Source: the human T2T-CHM13v2.0 reference genome, Homo sapiens. From it: 64,000 nucleotides of DNA. The first letter of the stretch is position 1; the number at the start of each line of letters is the position of its first letter. The position numbers and the translations under genes were made by a program. Below the pieces are notes generated by a model. The model was not told the origin of the DNA and ran no database searches. It saw only the letters and a program-made list of their open reading frames with translations. The stretch lies in NCBI RefSeq assembly GCF_009914755.1, contig NC_060948.1; one strand, written 5' to 3'. Shown here piece by piece: positions 12,401 through 27,200 of this stretch.

Positions 12401-15400
12401 GAATGGAGAGTAATGGAGTGGAGTGGACTGGAGCGAAGTGGAGTGTAGTGCATTGGACTGTAGGGGATTGAAGTGGCTTGGAGTGCAATGGAGTGGAGTG
12501 GAATGGAATGTAATGTAATGGAATGGAATGGAATGGAATGGAGTGGAATGGAATCGAATCACATGGAACTGAATCAAATCGAATTGAATGAAATTGAATG
12601 GAAAAAATGGAATGAAATGGAATCAAATCGAATGGATTCGAATGACATTGAATGGAATCGAAAGGAATGCAGTGAGGTGGAGTTGAGTGGAGTGGAGTGG
12701 AATGGAATGGGATGAATGGAATTGACTGGAGAGGAGTGGAATGGAATGGAATGGAAAGGAATGGAATTGAACGAAATGGAGTGTAGTAGAATGTAGTGGA
12801 TTGGAGTGGAGTGCAGGGGAGTGCAGTGGAATGAAGAGGAGTGTAGTTGAATGGAATGGAACGGTATGGAACGTACTGGAATGGAATGGATAAGAATGGA
12901 ATGGAATGGAATCGCATGGAATGGAATAGAATGAAATCGAATTGAATAGAATCAAATGGAAAAAATGGAGGCAAATGGAATCGAATGTCATAGAATCGAA
13001 CGGTTTTGAATGTCAGTGAATGGAAACGAATGGAATGCGATGAAGTGGAGCGGAGTGGAGTGGAAAGGAGTGCAATGGAATAGGGTGGAACAGAATTTAA
13101 TGGAACAGAGTGGATTGGAGTGGACTGGAGTGGAATGGAAAGGGAAGGAATGGGATTGAAAGGAGTGGCGTGCAGTGGAGTGGAGTGGCATGGAGTGGAG
13201 TGGAGTGGAATGGAGTGGAATGGAATGGAGTGGAATGGAGTGGATTGGAATGGAATGGAGTGCAGAGGAATGGAATGGAATAGTATAGAGTGGACAGGAA
13301 TGGAGTGGAGTGGATTGGAATGGAATGGATTGTAAGGGAATGGAACTGAATGGACTGGAATGGAATGGAATAGAATGGAATCGCAGGGAATCAAATTGGA
13401 TTGAATCGAATCGAATGGAGAAAATGAAATCAAATGAAATTGAATGGAATCGAATTGAATGTAAACAATGGAATCCAATGGAGTCAAATGGAATCGAATC
13501 AAATGGTTTTGAATGGCATCAAATGAAATGGCATGGAAGGCAGTGAATTGGAGTGGAGTGGAATAGAGAGGAATGAATTGGAATGGAGTGTAGTGGAATG
13601 GAGTGGATTCCAATGGATTGGAGTGGATTGGATTGGAATGGAATGGAATAGATTGGATTGGAGTGGTGCAGAGTGGAGTGGACTGGAGTGCAGAGGAATG
13701 GAGTGGAGTGAAGTCCAGTTGAGTGGAATGGAATGGAGTGGAGCAGAGTGGAATTCAAAAGAATGAAGTGGATTGGTATGGAATGGAATGGCGTGGAATG
13801 GCGTGGAATAGAATGGAATGGAATCGCATGGAATGATATGAAATCAAATCGAATTGAACGGAAAATTATGAATCCAATGGAATCGAAAGGATTCTAAAGG
13901 AATGGATTCGAAAGGCATTGAATGGAATGGAAAGGAATGCAGTGAAGTGGAGTGGAGTGGAGTGGAATGTTTTAGAGTGAACTGGGGTGGATTGGAACTC
14001 TATGGCGGAGAGTGGAGTGAAGTGGATTGGAGTGGAATGGAGTGCAATGGACTGGAGTGGAGTGGAATGGATTGGAGTGGAGTGGAGTGGATCGGAGTGG
14101 AGTGCTGTGGAGTGGACTAGAGTGGGGTGGAGTGGAGTACATTGGAGTGGAATGGAACGGAGTGGGGTGGAATTGAATGGAATGGAATCAAATCGCATGG
14201 TAATGAATCAAATGGAATCAAATCGAATGGAAATAATGGAATCGAAGGGAAACGAATGGAATCGAATTGCACTGATTCTACTGACTTCGAGGAAAATGAA
14301 ATGAAATGCGGTGAAGTGGAATGGAGGGAATGTATTAGGGTGGAATGGAATTGAATGGTGTGGAGTGGAGTGGAGTGCCCAGGAGTGGAATGGGAAGAAA
14401 TGGAATTGAACGGAGTGGAGTGGAGTGGAATGGGGGATAATGGAGTGGAGTAGAGTGGAGTGGAGTAGAGTGGAATGGGTTGGAGTGTAATGCAGAGTAC
14501 AGGAGTGGAGTGCGGTGGACTGGAGTGGAGTGGAGTTGAGTGGAGTGGATTGGATTGAAATAGAGCGGAGCAGAGTGGAATGGAATTGAATCACATGGTA
14601 TTGAATCAAATCGAATGGAATTAAATCGAATGAAAAAATGGAATCAAAAGCAAACGAATGGAGTCAAACATCATTGGTTAAACTGACATCGAAAAATATC
14701 AAATGAAATGTGGTGAAGTGGAGTGGAGTGTAATGAAATGGGGTGGAATGAAATTGAATGGAGTGGAGTGGATTGGAGTCTACTGGAGTGGAATGGAACG
14801 GAATGCAAAGGAATGGAATAGAATGCAGTGAAGTGCAGTGCAGTGAAATGGAGTGGAAAGGAATGGAATGGAATGGAATGGAATGGAATGGAATGGAACG
14901 GAATCAAATGGTATCGAAGTGAATCGAATCTAATGAAATTGATCGGAAAAAATGGAATGGAGTAGAATCGAATAAGATGGATTCAAAGGCAACAAATAGA
15001 ATTGAATGGAATGCGGTGAGGTGGAGGGCATTGGAATGGAGTTGAATGGAATGGGGTATAATTGAATTGAATGGAGTGGAGTGGATTGTAGTGGACTGGA
15101 GTGGAATGGAAAGGAATGGGCAGGAATGGAATTGAAATGGGTGAATTGGAATTGAGTGCTGTGGATTGGAGTAGACTGCATTCTAGTGGATTGGAGTGGA
15201 AAGAAGTGGAGTGGAATGGAATGGAATGCAATGGAGTGGAGTGGAATGGAATGGAGTGGAGTAGAATGGAATTTAATGGAGTGGAGTGGAATTGAGTGGA
15301 ATGGAGAGTAATGGAGTGGAGTGGACTGGAGCGAAGTGGAGTGTAGTGCATTGGACTGTAGGGGATTGAAGTGGCTTGGAGTGCAATGGAGTGGAGTGGA

Positions 15401-18400
15401 ATGGAATGTAATGGAATGGAATGGAATGGAATGGAATGGAGTGGAATGGAATCGAATCACATGGAACTGAATCAAATCGAATTGAATGAAATTGAATGGA
15501 AAAAATGGAATGAAATGGAATCAAATCGAATGGATTCGAATGACATTGAATGGAATCGAAAGGAATGCAGTGAGGTGGAGTTGAGTGGAGTGGAGTGGAA
15601 TGGAATGGGATGAATGGAATTGACTGGAGAGGAGTGGAATGGAATGGAATGGAAAGGAATGGAATTGAACGAAATGGAGTGTAGTAGAATGTAGTGGATT
15701 GGAGTGGAGTGCAGGGGAGTGCAGTGGAATGAAGAGGAGTGTAGTTGAATGGAATGGAATGGTATGGAACGTACTGGAATGGAATGGATAAGAATGGAAT
15801 GGAATGGAATCGCATGGAATTGAATAGAATGAAATCGAATTGAATAGAATCAAATGGAAAAAATGGAGGCAAATGGAATCGAATGTCATAGAATCGAACG
15901 GTTTTGAATGTCAGTGAATGGAAACGAATGGAATGCGATGAAGTGGAGCGGAGTGGAGTGGAAAGGAGTGCAATGGAATAGGGTGGAACAGAATTTAATG
16001 GAACAGAGTGGATTGGAGTGGACTGGAGTGGAATGGAAAGGGAAGGAATGGGATTGAAAGGAGTGGCGTGCAGTGGAGTGGAGTGGCATGGAGTGGAGTG
16101 GAGTGGAATGGAGTGGAATGGAATGGAGTGGAATGGAGTGGATTGGAATGGAATGGAGTGCAGAGGAATGGAATGGAATGGTATAGAGTGGACAGGAATG
16201 GAGTGGAGTGGATTGGAATGGAATGGAATGTAAGGGAATGGAACTGAATGGACTGGAATGGAATGGAATAGAATGGAATCACAGGGAATCAAATTGGATT
16301 GAATCGAATCGAATGGAGAAAATGAAATCAAATGAAATTGAATAGAATCGAATTGAAAGTAAACAATGGAATCCAATGGAGTCAAATGGAATCGAATCAA
16401 ATGGTTTTGAATGGCATCAAATGAAATGGCATGGAAGGCAGTAAATTGGAGTGGAGTGGAATAGAGAGGAATGAATTGGAATGGAGTGTAGTGGAATGGA
16501 GTGGATTGGATTGGAATGGAATGGAATAGATTGGATTGGAGTGGTGCAGAGTGGAGTGGACTGGAGTGCAGAGGAATGGAGTGGAGTGAAGTCCAGTTGA
16601 GTGGAATGGAATGGAGTGGAGCAGAGTGGAATTCAAAAGAATGAAGTGGATTGGTATGGAATGGAGTGGCGTGGAATGGCGTGGAATAGAAAGGAAGGGA
16701 ATCGCATGGAATGATATGAAATCAAATTGAATTGAACGGAAAATTATGAATCCAATGGAATCGAAAGGATTCTAAAGGAATGGATTCGAAAGACATTGAA
16801 TGGAATGGAAAGGAATGCAGTGAAGTGGAGTGGAGTGGAGTGGAATGTTTTAGAGTGAACTGGGGTGGATTGGAACTCTATGGCGGGGAGTGGAGTGAAG
16901 TGGATTGGAGTGGAATGGAGTGCAATGGACTGGAGTGGAGTGGAATGGATTGGAGTGGAGTGCAGTGGTTCGGAGTGGAGTGCTGTGGAGTGGACTAGAG
17001 TGGGGTGGAGTGGAGTGCATTGGAGTGGAATGGAACGGAGTGGGGTGGAATGGAATGGAATGGAATCAAATCGCATGGTAATGAATCAAATGGAATCAAA
17101 TCGAATGGAAATAATGGAATCGAAGGGAAACGAATGGAATCGAATTGCACTGATTCTACTGACTTCGAGGAAAATGAAATGAAATGCGGTGAAGTGGAAT
17201 GGAGGGAATGTATTAGGGTGGAATGGAATTGAATGGTGTGGAGTGGAGTGGAGTGCCCAGGAGTGGAATGGGAAGAAATGGAATTGAACGGAGTGGAGTG
17301 GAGTGGAATGGGGGATAATGGAGTGGAGTAGAGTGGAGTGGAGTAGAGTGGAATGGGTTGGAGTGTAATGCAGAGTACAGGAGTGGAGTGCGGTGGACTG
17401 GAGTGGAGTGGAGTTGAGTGGAGTGGATTGGATTGAAATAGAGCGGAGCAGAGTGGAATGGAATTGAATCACATGGTATTGAATCAAATCGAATGGAATT
17501 AAATCGAATCAAAAAATGGAATCAAAAGCAAACGAATGGAGTCAAACCTCATTGGGTAAACTGACATCGAAAAATATCAAATGAAATGTGGTGAAGTGGA
17601 GTGGAGTGTAATGAAATGGGGTGGAATGAAATTGAATGGAGTGGAGTGTATTGGAGTCTACTGGAGTGGAATGGAACGGAATGCAAAGGAATGGAATAGA
17701 ATGCAGTGAAGTGCAGTGCAGTGAAATGGAGTGGAAAGGAATGGAATGGAATGGAATGGAACGGAATCAAATGGTATCGAAGTGAATCGAATCTAATGAA
17801 ATTGATCGGAAAAAATGGAATGGAGTAGAATCGAATAAGATGGATTCAAAGGCAACAAATAGAATTGAATGGAATGCGGTGAGGTGGAGGGCATTGGAAT
17901 GGAGTTGAATGGAATGGGGTATAATTGAATTGAATGGCGTGGAGTGGATTGTAGTGGACTGGAGTGGAATGGAACGGAATGGGCAGGAATGGAATTGAAA
18001 GGGGTGAATTGGAATTGAGTGCTGTGGATTGGAGTAGACTGCATTCTAGTGGATTGGAGTGGAAAGAAGTGGAGTGGAATGGAATGGAATGCAATGGAGT
18101 TGAGTGGAATGGAATGGAGTGGAGTAGAATGGAATTTAATGGAGTGGAGTGGAATTGAGTGGAATGGAGAGTAATGGAGTGGAGTGGACTGGAGCGAAGT
18201 GGAGTGTAGTGCATTGGACTGTAGGGGATTGAAGTGGCTTGGAGTGCAATGGAGTGGAGTGGAATGGAATGTAATGGAATGGAATGGAATGGAGTGGAAT
18301 GGAGTGGAATGGAATCGAATCACATGGAACTGAATCAAATCGAATTGAATGAAATTGAATGGAAAAAATGGAATGAAATGGAATCAAATCGAATGGATTC

Positions 18401-21239
18401 GAATGACATTGAATGGATTCGAAAGGAATGCAGTGAGGTGGAGTTGAGTGGAGTGGAGTGGAATGGAATGGGATGAATGGAATTGACTGGAGAGGAGTGG
18501 AATGGAATGGAATGGAAAGGAATGGAATTGAACGAAATGGAGTGTAGTAGAATGTAGTGGATTGGAGTGGAGTGCAGGGGAGTGCAGTGGAATGAAGAGG
18601 AGTGTAGTTGAATGGAATGGAATGGTATGGAACGTACTGGAATGGAATGGATAAGAATGGAATGGAATGGAATCGCATGGAATTGAATAGAATGAAATCG
18701 AATTGAATAGAATCAAAAGGAAAAAATGGAGGCAAATGGAATCGAATGTCATAGAATCGAACGGTTTTGAATGTCAGTGAAAGGAAACGAATGGAATGCG
18801 ATGAAGTGGAGCGGAGCGGAGTGGAAAGGAGTGCAATGGAATAGGGTGGAACAGAATTTAATGGAACAGAGTGGATTGGAGTGGACTGGAGTGGAATGGA
18901 AAGGGAAGGAATGGGATTGAAAGGAGTGGCGTGCAGTGGAGTGGAGTGGCATGGAGTGGAGTGGAGTGGAATGGAGTGGAATGGAATGGAGTGGAATGGA
19001 GTGGATTGGAATGGAATGGAGTGCAGAGGAATGGAATGGAATGGTATAGAGTGGACAGGAATGGAGTGGAGTGGATTGGAATGGAATGGAATGTAAGGGA
19101 ATGGAACTGAATGGACTGGAATGGAATGGAGTAGAATGGAATCACAGGGAATCAAATTGGATTGAATCGAATCGAATGGAGAAAATGAAATCAAATGAAA
19201 TTGAATGGAATCGAATTGAATGTAAACAATGGAATCCAATGGAGTCAAATGGAATCGAATCAAATGGTTTTGAATGGCATCAAATGAAATGGCATGGAAG
19301 GCAGTGAATTGGAGTGGAGTGGAATAGAGAGGAATGAATTGGAATGGAGTGTAGTGGAATGGAGTGGATTGGATTGGAATGGAATGGAATAGATTGGATT
19401 GGAGTGGTGCAGAGTGGAGTGGACTGGAGTGCAGAGGAATGGAGTGGAGTGAAGTCCAGTTGAGTGGAATGGAATGGAGTGGAGCAGAGTGGAATTCAAA
19501 AGAATGAAGTGGATTGGTATGGAATGGAATGGCGTGGAATGGCGTGGAATAGAATGGAATGGAATCGCATGGAATGATATGAAATCAAATCGAATTGAAC
19601 GGAAAATTATGAATCCAATGGAATCGAAAGGATTCTAAAGGAATGGATTCGAAAGGCATTGAATGGAATGGAAAGGAATGCAGTGAAGTGGAGTGGAGTG
19701 GAGTGGAATGTTTTAGAGTGAACTGGGGTGGATTGGAACTCTATGGCGGGGAGTGGAGTGAAGTGGATTGGAGTGGAATGGAGCGCAATGGACTGGAGTG
19801 GAGTGGAATGGATTGGAGTGGAGTGGAGTGCATCGGAGTGGAGTGCTGTGGAGTGGACTAGAGTGGGGTGGAGTGGAGTGCATTGGAGTGGAATGGAACG
19901 GAGTGGGGTGGAATGGAATGGAATGGAATCAAATCGCATGGTAATGAATCAAATGGAATCAAATCGAATGGAAATAATGGAATCGAAGGGAAACGAATGG
20001 AATCGAATTGCACTGATTCTACTGACTTCGAGGAAAATGAAATGAAATGCGGTGAAGTGGAATGGAGGGAATGTATTAGGGTGGAATGGAATTGAATGGT
20101 GTGGAGTGGAGTGGAGTGCCCAGGAGTGGAATGGGAAGAAATGGAATTGAACGGAGTGGAGTGCAGTGGAACGGGGGATAATGGAGTGGAGTAGAGTGGA
20201 GTGGAGTAGAGTGGAATGGGTTGGAGTGTAATGCAGAGTACAGGAGTGGAGTGCGGTGGACTGGAGTGGAGTGGAGTTGAGTGGAGTGGATTGGATTGAA
20301 ATAGAGCGGAGCAGAGTGGAATGGAATTGAATCACATGGTATTGAATCAAATCGAATGGAATTAAATCGAATCAAAAAATGGAATCAAAAGCAAACGAAT
20401 GGAGTCAAACCTCATTGGTTAAACTGACATCGAAAAATATCAAATGAAATGTGGTGAAGTGGAGTGGAGTGTAATGAAATGGGGTGGAATGAAATTGAAT
20501 GGATTGGAGTGGATTGGAGTCTACTGGAGTGGAATGGAACGGAATGCAAAGGAATGGAATAGAATGCAGTGAAGTGCAGTGCAGTGAAGTGGAGTGGAAA
20601 GGAATGGAATGGAATGGAATGGAATGGAATGGAATGGAACGGAATCAAATGGTATCGAAGTGAATCGAATCTAATGAAATTGATCGGAAAAAATGGAATG
20701 GAGTAGAATCGAATAAGATGGATTCAAAGGCAACAAATAGAATTGAATGGAATGCGGTGAGGTGGAGGGCATTGGAATGGAGTTGAATGGAATGGGGTAT
20801 AATTGAATTGAATGGAGTGGAGTGGATTGTAGTGGACTGGAGTGGAATGGAACGGAATGGGCAGGAATGGAATTGAAAGGGGTGAATTGGAATTGAGTGC
20901 TGTGGATTGGAGTAGACTGCATTCTAGTGGATTGGAGTGGAAAGAAGTGGAGTGGAATGGAATGGAATGCAATGGAGTGGAGTGGAATGGAATGGAGTGG
21001 AGTAGAATGGAATTTAATGGAGTGGAGTGGAATTGAGTGGAATGGAGAGTAATGGAGTGGAGTGGACTGGAGCGAAGTGGAGTGTAGTGCATTGGACTGT
21101 AGGGGATTGAAGTGGCTTGGAGTGCAATGGAGTGGAGTGGAATGGAATGTAATGGATTGGAATGGAATGGAGTGGAATGGAATCGAATCACATGGAACTG
21201 AATCAAATCGAATTGAATGAAATTGAATGGAAAAATGGA

Positions 21240-24200
21240 ATGAAATGGAATCAAATCGAATGGATTCGAATGACATTGAATGGAATCGAAAGGAATGCAG
21301 TGAGGTGGAGTTGAGTGGAGTGGAGTGGAATGGAATGGGATGAATGGAATTGACTGGAGAGGAGTGGAATGGAATGGAATGGAAAGGAATGGAATTGAAC
21401 GAAATGGAGTGTAGTAGAATGTAGTGGATTGGAGTGGAGTGCAGGGGAGTGCAGTGGAATGAAGAGGAGTGTAGTTGAATGGAATGGAATGGTATGGAAC
21501 GTACTGGAATGGAATGGATAAGAATGGAATGGAATGGAATCGCATGGAATTGAATAGAATGAAATCGAATTGAATAGAATCAAATGGAAAAAATGGAGGC
21601 AAATGGAATCGAATGTCATAGAATCGAACGGTTTTGAATGTCAGTGAATGGAAACGAATGGAATGCGATGAAGTGGAGCGGAGTGGAGTGGAAAGGAGTG
21701 CAATGGAATAGGGTGGAACAGAATTTAATGGAACAGAGTGGATTGGAGTGGACTGGAGTGGAATGGAAAGGGAAGGAATGGGATTGAAAGGAGTGGCGTG
21801 CAGTGGAGTGGAGTGGCATGGAGTGGAGTGGAGTGGAATGGAGTGGAATGGAATGGAGTGGAATGGAGTGGATTGGAATGGAATGGAGTGCAGAGGAATG
21901 GAATGGAATGGTATAGAGTGGACAGGAATGGAGTGGAGTGGATTGGAATGGAATGGAATGTAAGGGAATGGAACTGAATGGACTGGAATGGAATGGAGTA
22001 GAATGGAATCGCAGGGAATCAAATTGGATTGAATCGAATCGAATGGAGAAAATGAAATCAAATGAAATTGAATGGAATCGAATTGAATGTAAACAATGGA
22101 ATCCAATGGAGTCAAATGGAATCGAATCAAATGGTTTTGAATGGCATCAAATGAAATGGCATGGAAGGCAGTGAATTGGAGTGGAGTGGAATAGAGAGGA
22201 ATGAATTGGAATGGAGTGTAGTGGAATGGAGTGGATTGGATTGGAATGGAATGGAATAGATTGGATTGGAGTGGTGCAGAGTGGAGTGGACTGGAGTGCA
22301 GAGGAATGGAGTGAAGTGAAGTCCAGTTGAGTGGAATGGAATGGAGTGGAGCAGAGTGGAATTCAAAAGAATGAAGTGGATTGGTATGGAATGGAATGGC
22401 GTGGAATGGCGTGGAATAGAATGGAATGGAATCGCATGGAATGATATGAAATCAAATCGAATTGAACGGAAAATTATGAATCCAATGGAATCGAAAGGAT
22501 TCTAAAGGAATGGATTCGAAAGGCATTGAATGGAATGGAAAGGAATGCAGTGAAGTGGAGTGGAGTGGAGTGGAATGTTTTAGAGTGAACTGGGGTGGAT
22601 TGGAACTCTATGGCGGGGAGTGGAGTGAAGTGGATTGGAGTGGAATGGAGCGCAATGGACTGGAGTGGAGTGGAATGGATTGGAGTGGAGTGGAGTGCAT
22701 CGGAGTGGAGTGCTGTGGAGTGGACTAGAGTGGGGTGGAGTGGAGTGCATTGGAGTGGAATGGAACGGAGTGGGGTGGAATGGAATGGAATGGAATCAAA
22801 TCGCATGGTAATGAATCAAATGGAATCAAATCGAATGGAAATAATGGAATCGAAGGGAAACGAATGGAATCGAATTGCACTGATTCTACTGACTTCGAGG
22901 AAAATGAAATGAAATGCGGTGAAGTGGAATGGAGGGAATGTATTAGGGTGGAATGGAATTGAATGGTGTGGAGTGGAGTGGAGTGCCCAGGAGTGGAATG
23001 GGAAGAAATGGAATTGAACGGAGTGGAGTGCAGTGGAATGGGGGATAATGGAGTGGAGTAGAGTGGAGTGGAGTAGAGTGGAATGGGTTGGAGTGTAATG
23101 CAGAGTACAGGAGTGGAGTGCGGTGGACTGGAGTGGAGTGGAGTTGAGTGGAGTGGATTGGATTGAAATAGAGCGGAGCAGAGTGGAATGGAATTGAATC
23201 ACATGGTATTGAATCAAATCGAATGGAATTAAATCGAATGAAAAAATGGAATCAAAAGCAAACGAATGGAGTCAAACCTCATTGGTTAAACTGACATCGA
23301 AAAATATCAAATGAAATGTGGTGAAGTGGAGTGGAGTGTAATGAAATGGGGTGGAATGAAATTGAATGGATTGGAGTGGATTGGAGTCTACTGGAGTGGA
23401 ATGGAACGGAATGCAAAGGAATGGAATAGAATGCAGTGAAGTGCAGTGCAGTGAAGTGGAGTGGAAAGGAATGGAATGGAATGGAATGGAATGGAATGGA
23501 ATGGAACGGAATCAAATGGTATCGAAATGAATCGAATCTAATGAAATTGATCGGAAAAAATGGAATGGAGTAGAATCGAATAAGATGGATTCAAAGGCAA
23601 CAAATAGAATTGAATGGAATGCGGTGAGGTGGAGGGCATTGGAATGGAGTTGAATGGAATGGGGTATAATTGAATTGAATGGAGTGGAGTGGATTGTAGT
23701 GGACTGGAGTGGAATGGAACGGAATGGGCAGGAATGGAATTGAAAGGGGTGAATTGGAATTGAGTGCTGTGGATTGGAGTAGACTGCATTCTAGTGGATT
23801 GGAGTGGAAAGAAGTGGAGTGGAATGGAATGGAATGCAATGGAGTGGAGTGGAATGGAATGGAGTGGAGTAGAATGGAATTTAATGGAGTGGAGTGGAAT
23901 TGAGTGGAATGGAGAGTAATGGAGTGGAGTGGACTGGAGCGAAGTGGAGTGTAGTGCATTGGACTGTAGGGGATTGAAGTGGCTTGGAGTGCAATGGAGT
24001 GGAGTGGAATGGAATGTAATGGATTGGAATGGAATGGAGTGGAATGGAATCGAATCACATGGAACTGAATCAAACCGAATTGAATGAAATTGAATGGAAA
24101 AATGGAATCAAATGGAATCAAATCGAATGGATTCGAATGACATTGAATGGAATCGAAAGGAATGCAGTGAGGTGGAGTTGAGTGGAGTGGAGTGGAATGG

Positions 24201-27200
24201 AATGGGATGAATGGAATTGACTGGAGAGGAGTGGAATGGAATGGAATGGAAAGGAATGGAATTGAACGACATGGAGTGTAGTAGAATGTAGTGGATTGGA
24301 GTGGAGTGCAGGGGAGTGCAGTGGAATGAAGAGGAGTGTAGTTGAATGGAATGGAATGGTATGGAACGTACTGGAATGGAATGGATAAGAATGGAATGGA
24401 ATGGAATCGCATGGAATTGAATAGAATGAAATCGAATTGAATAGAATCAAATGGAAAAAATGGAGGCAAATGGAATCGAATGTCATAGAATCGAACGGTT
24501 TTGAATGTCAGTGAATGGAAACGAATGGAATGCGATGAAGTGGAGCGGAGTGGAGTGGAAAGGAGTGCAATGGAATAGGGTGGAACAGAATTTAATGGAA
24601 CAGAGTGGATTGGAGTGGACTGGAGTGGAATGGAAAGGGAAGGAATGGGATTGAAAGGAGTGGCGTGCAGTGGAGTGGAGTGGCATGGAGTGGAGTGGAG
24701 TGGAATGGAGTGGAATGGAATGGAGTGGAATGGAGTGGATTGGAATGGAATGGAGTGCAGAGGAATGGAATGGAATGGTATAGAGTGGACAGGAATGGAG
24801 TGGAGTGGATTGGAATGGAATGGAATGTAAGGGAATGGAACTGAATGGACTGGAATGGAATGGAGTAGAATGGAATCGCAGGGAATCAAATTGGATTGAA
24901 TCGAATCGAATGGAGAAAATGAAATCAAATGAAATTGAATGGAATCGAATTGAATGTAAACAATGGAATCCAATGGAGTCAAATGGAACCGAATCAAATG
25001 GTTTTGAATGGCATCAAGTGAAATGGCATGGAAGGCAGTGAATTGGAGTGGAGTGGAATAGAGAGGAATGAATTGGAATGGAGTGTAGTGGAATGGAGTG
25101 GATTCCAATGGATTGGAGTGGATTGGATTGGAATGGAATGGAATAGATTGGATTGGAGTGGTGCAGAGTGGAGTGGACTGGAGTGCAGAGGAATGGAGTG
25201 GAGTGAAGTCCAGTTGAGTGGAATGGAATGGAGTGGAGCAGAGTGGAATTCAAAAGAATGAAGTGGATTGGTATGGAATGGAATGGCGTGGAATGGCGTG
25301 GAATAGAATGGAATGGAATCGCATGGAATGATATGAAATCAAATCGAATTGAACGGAAAATTATGAATCCAATGGAATCGAAAGGATTCTAAAGGAATGG
25401 ATTCGAAAGGCATTGAATGGAATGGAAAGGAATGCAGTGAAGTGGAGTGGAGTGGAGTGGAATGTTTTAGAGTGAACTGGGGTGGATTGGAACTCTATGA
25501 CGGGGAGTGGAGTGAAGTGGATTGGAGTGGAATGGAGTGCAATGGACTGGAGTGGAGTGGAATGGATTGGAGTGGAGTGGAGTGGATCGGAGTGGAGTGC
25601 TGTGGAGTGGACTAGAGTGGGGTGGAGTGGAGTGCATTGGAGTGGAATGGAACGGAGTGGGGTGGAATGGAATGGAATGGAATCAAATCGCATGGTAATG
25701 AATCAAATGGAATCAAATCGAATGGAAATAATGGAATCGAAGGGAAACGAATGGAATCGAATTGCACTGATTCTACTGACTTCGAAGAAAATGAAATGAA
25801 ATGCGGTGAAGTGGAATGGAGGGAATGTATTAGGGTGGAATGGAATTGAATGGTGTGGAGTGGAGTGGAGTGCCCAGGAGTGGAATGGGAAGAAATGGAA
25901 TTGAACGGAGTGGAGTGGAGTGGAATGGGGGATAATGGAGTGGAGTAGAGTGGAGTGGAGTAGAGTGGAATGGGTTGGAGTGTAATGCAGAGTACAGGAG
26001 TGGAGTGCGGTGGACTGGAGTGGAGTGGAGTTGAGTGGAGTGGATTGGATTGAAATAGAGCGGAGCAGAGTGGAATGGAATTGAATCACATGGTATTGAA
26101 TCAAATCGAATGGAATTAAATCGAATCAAAAAATGGAATCAAAAGCAAACGAATGGAGTCAAACCTCATTGGTTAAACTGACATCGAAAAATATCAAATG
26201 AAATGTGGTGAAGTGGAGTGGAGTGTAATGAAATGGGGTGGAATGAAATTGAATGGAGTGGAGTGGATTGGAGTCTACTGGAGTGGAATGGAACGGAATG
26301 TAAAGGAATGGAATAGAATGCAGTGAAGTGCAGTGCAGTGAAATGGAGTGGAAAGGAATGGAATGGAATGGAATGGAATGGAATGGAACGGAATCAAATG
26401 GTATCGTAGTGAATCGAATCTAATGAAATTGATCGGAAAAAATGGAATGGAGTAGAATCGAATAAGATGGATTCAAAGGCAACAAATAGAATTGAATGGA
26501 ATGCGGTGAGGTGGAGGGCATTGGAATGGAGTTGAATGGAATGGGGTATAATTGAATTGAATGGAGTGGAGTGGATTGTAGTGGACTGGAGTGGAATGGA
26601 ACGGAATGGGCAGGAATGGAATTGAAAGGGGTGAATTGGAATTGAGTGCTGTGGATTGGAGTAGACTGCATTCTAGTGGATTGGAGTGGAAAGAAGTGGA
26701 GTGGAATGGAATGGAATGCAATGGAGTGGAGTGGAATGGAATGGAGTGGAGTAGAATGGAATTTAATGGAGTGGAGTGGAATTGAGTGGAATGGAGAGTA
26801 ATGGAGTGGAGTGGACTGGAGCGAAGTGGAGTGTAGTGCATTGGACTGTAGGGGATTGAAGTGGCTTGGAGTGCAATGGAGTGGAGTGGAATGGAATGTA
26901 ATGGAATGGAATGGAATGGAGTGGAATGGAGTGGAATGGAATCGAATCACATGGAACTGAATCAAATCGAATTGAATGAAATTGAATGGAAAAAATGGAA
27001 TGAAATGGAATCAAATCGAATGGATTCGAATGACATTGAATGGAATCGAAAGGAATGCAGTGAGGTGGAGTTGAGTGGAGTGGAGTGGAATGGAATGGGA
27101 TGAATGGAATTGACTGGAGAGGAGTGGAATGGAATGGAATGGAAAGGAATGGAATTGAACGAAATGGAGTGTAGTAGAATGTAGTGGATTGGAGTGGAGT

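Noticed and set aside
23591-25108. Long minus-strand ORFs (375-505 aa, e.g. 883-2010, 23591-25108, 52336-53796) rich in HSIPF/HSTPL
   Set aside because: (CATTC)n and (CACTC)n lack stop codons in all frames and translate to FHSIP/LHSTP repeats. ORF lengths change arbitrarily with 1-, 10- and 20-bp indels, overlapping frames give similar peptides, and no domain is recognisable.
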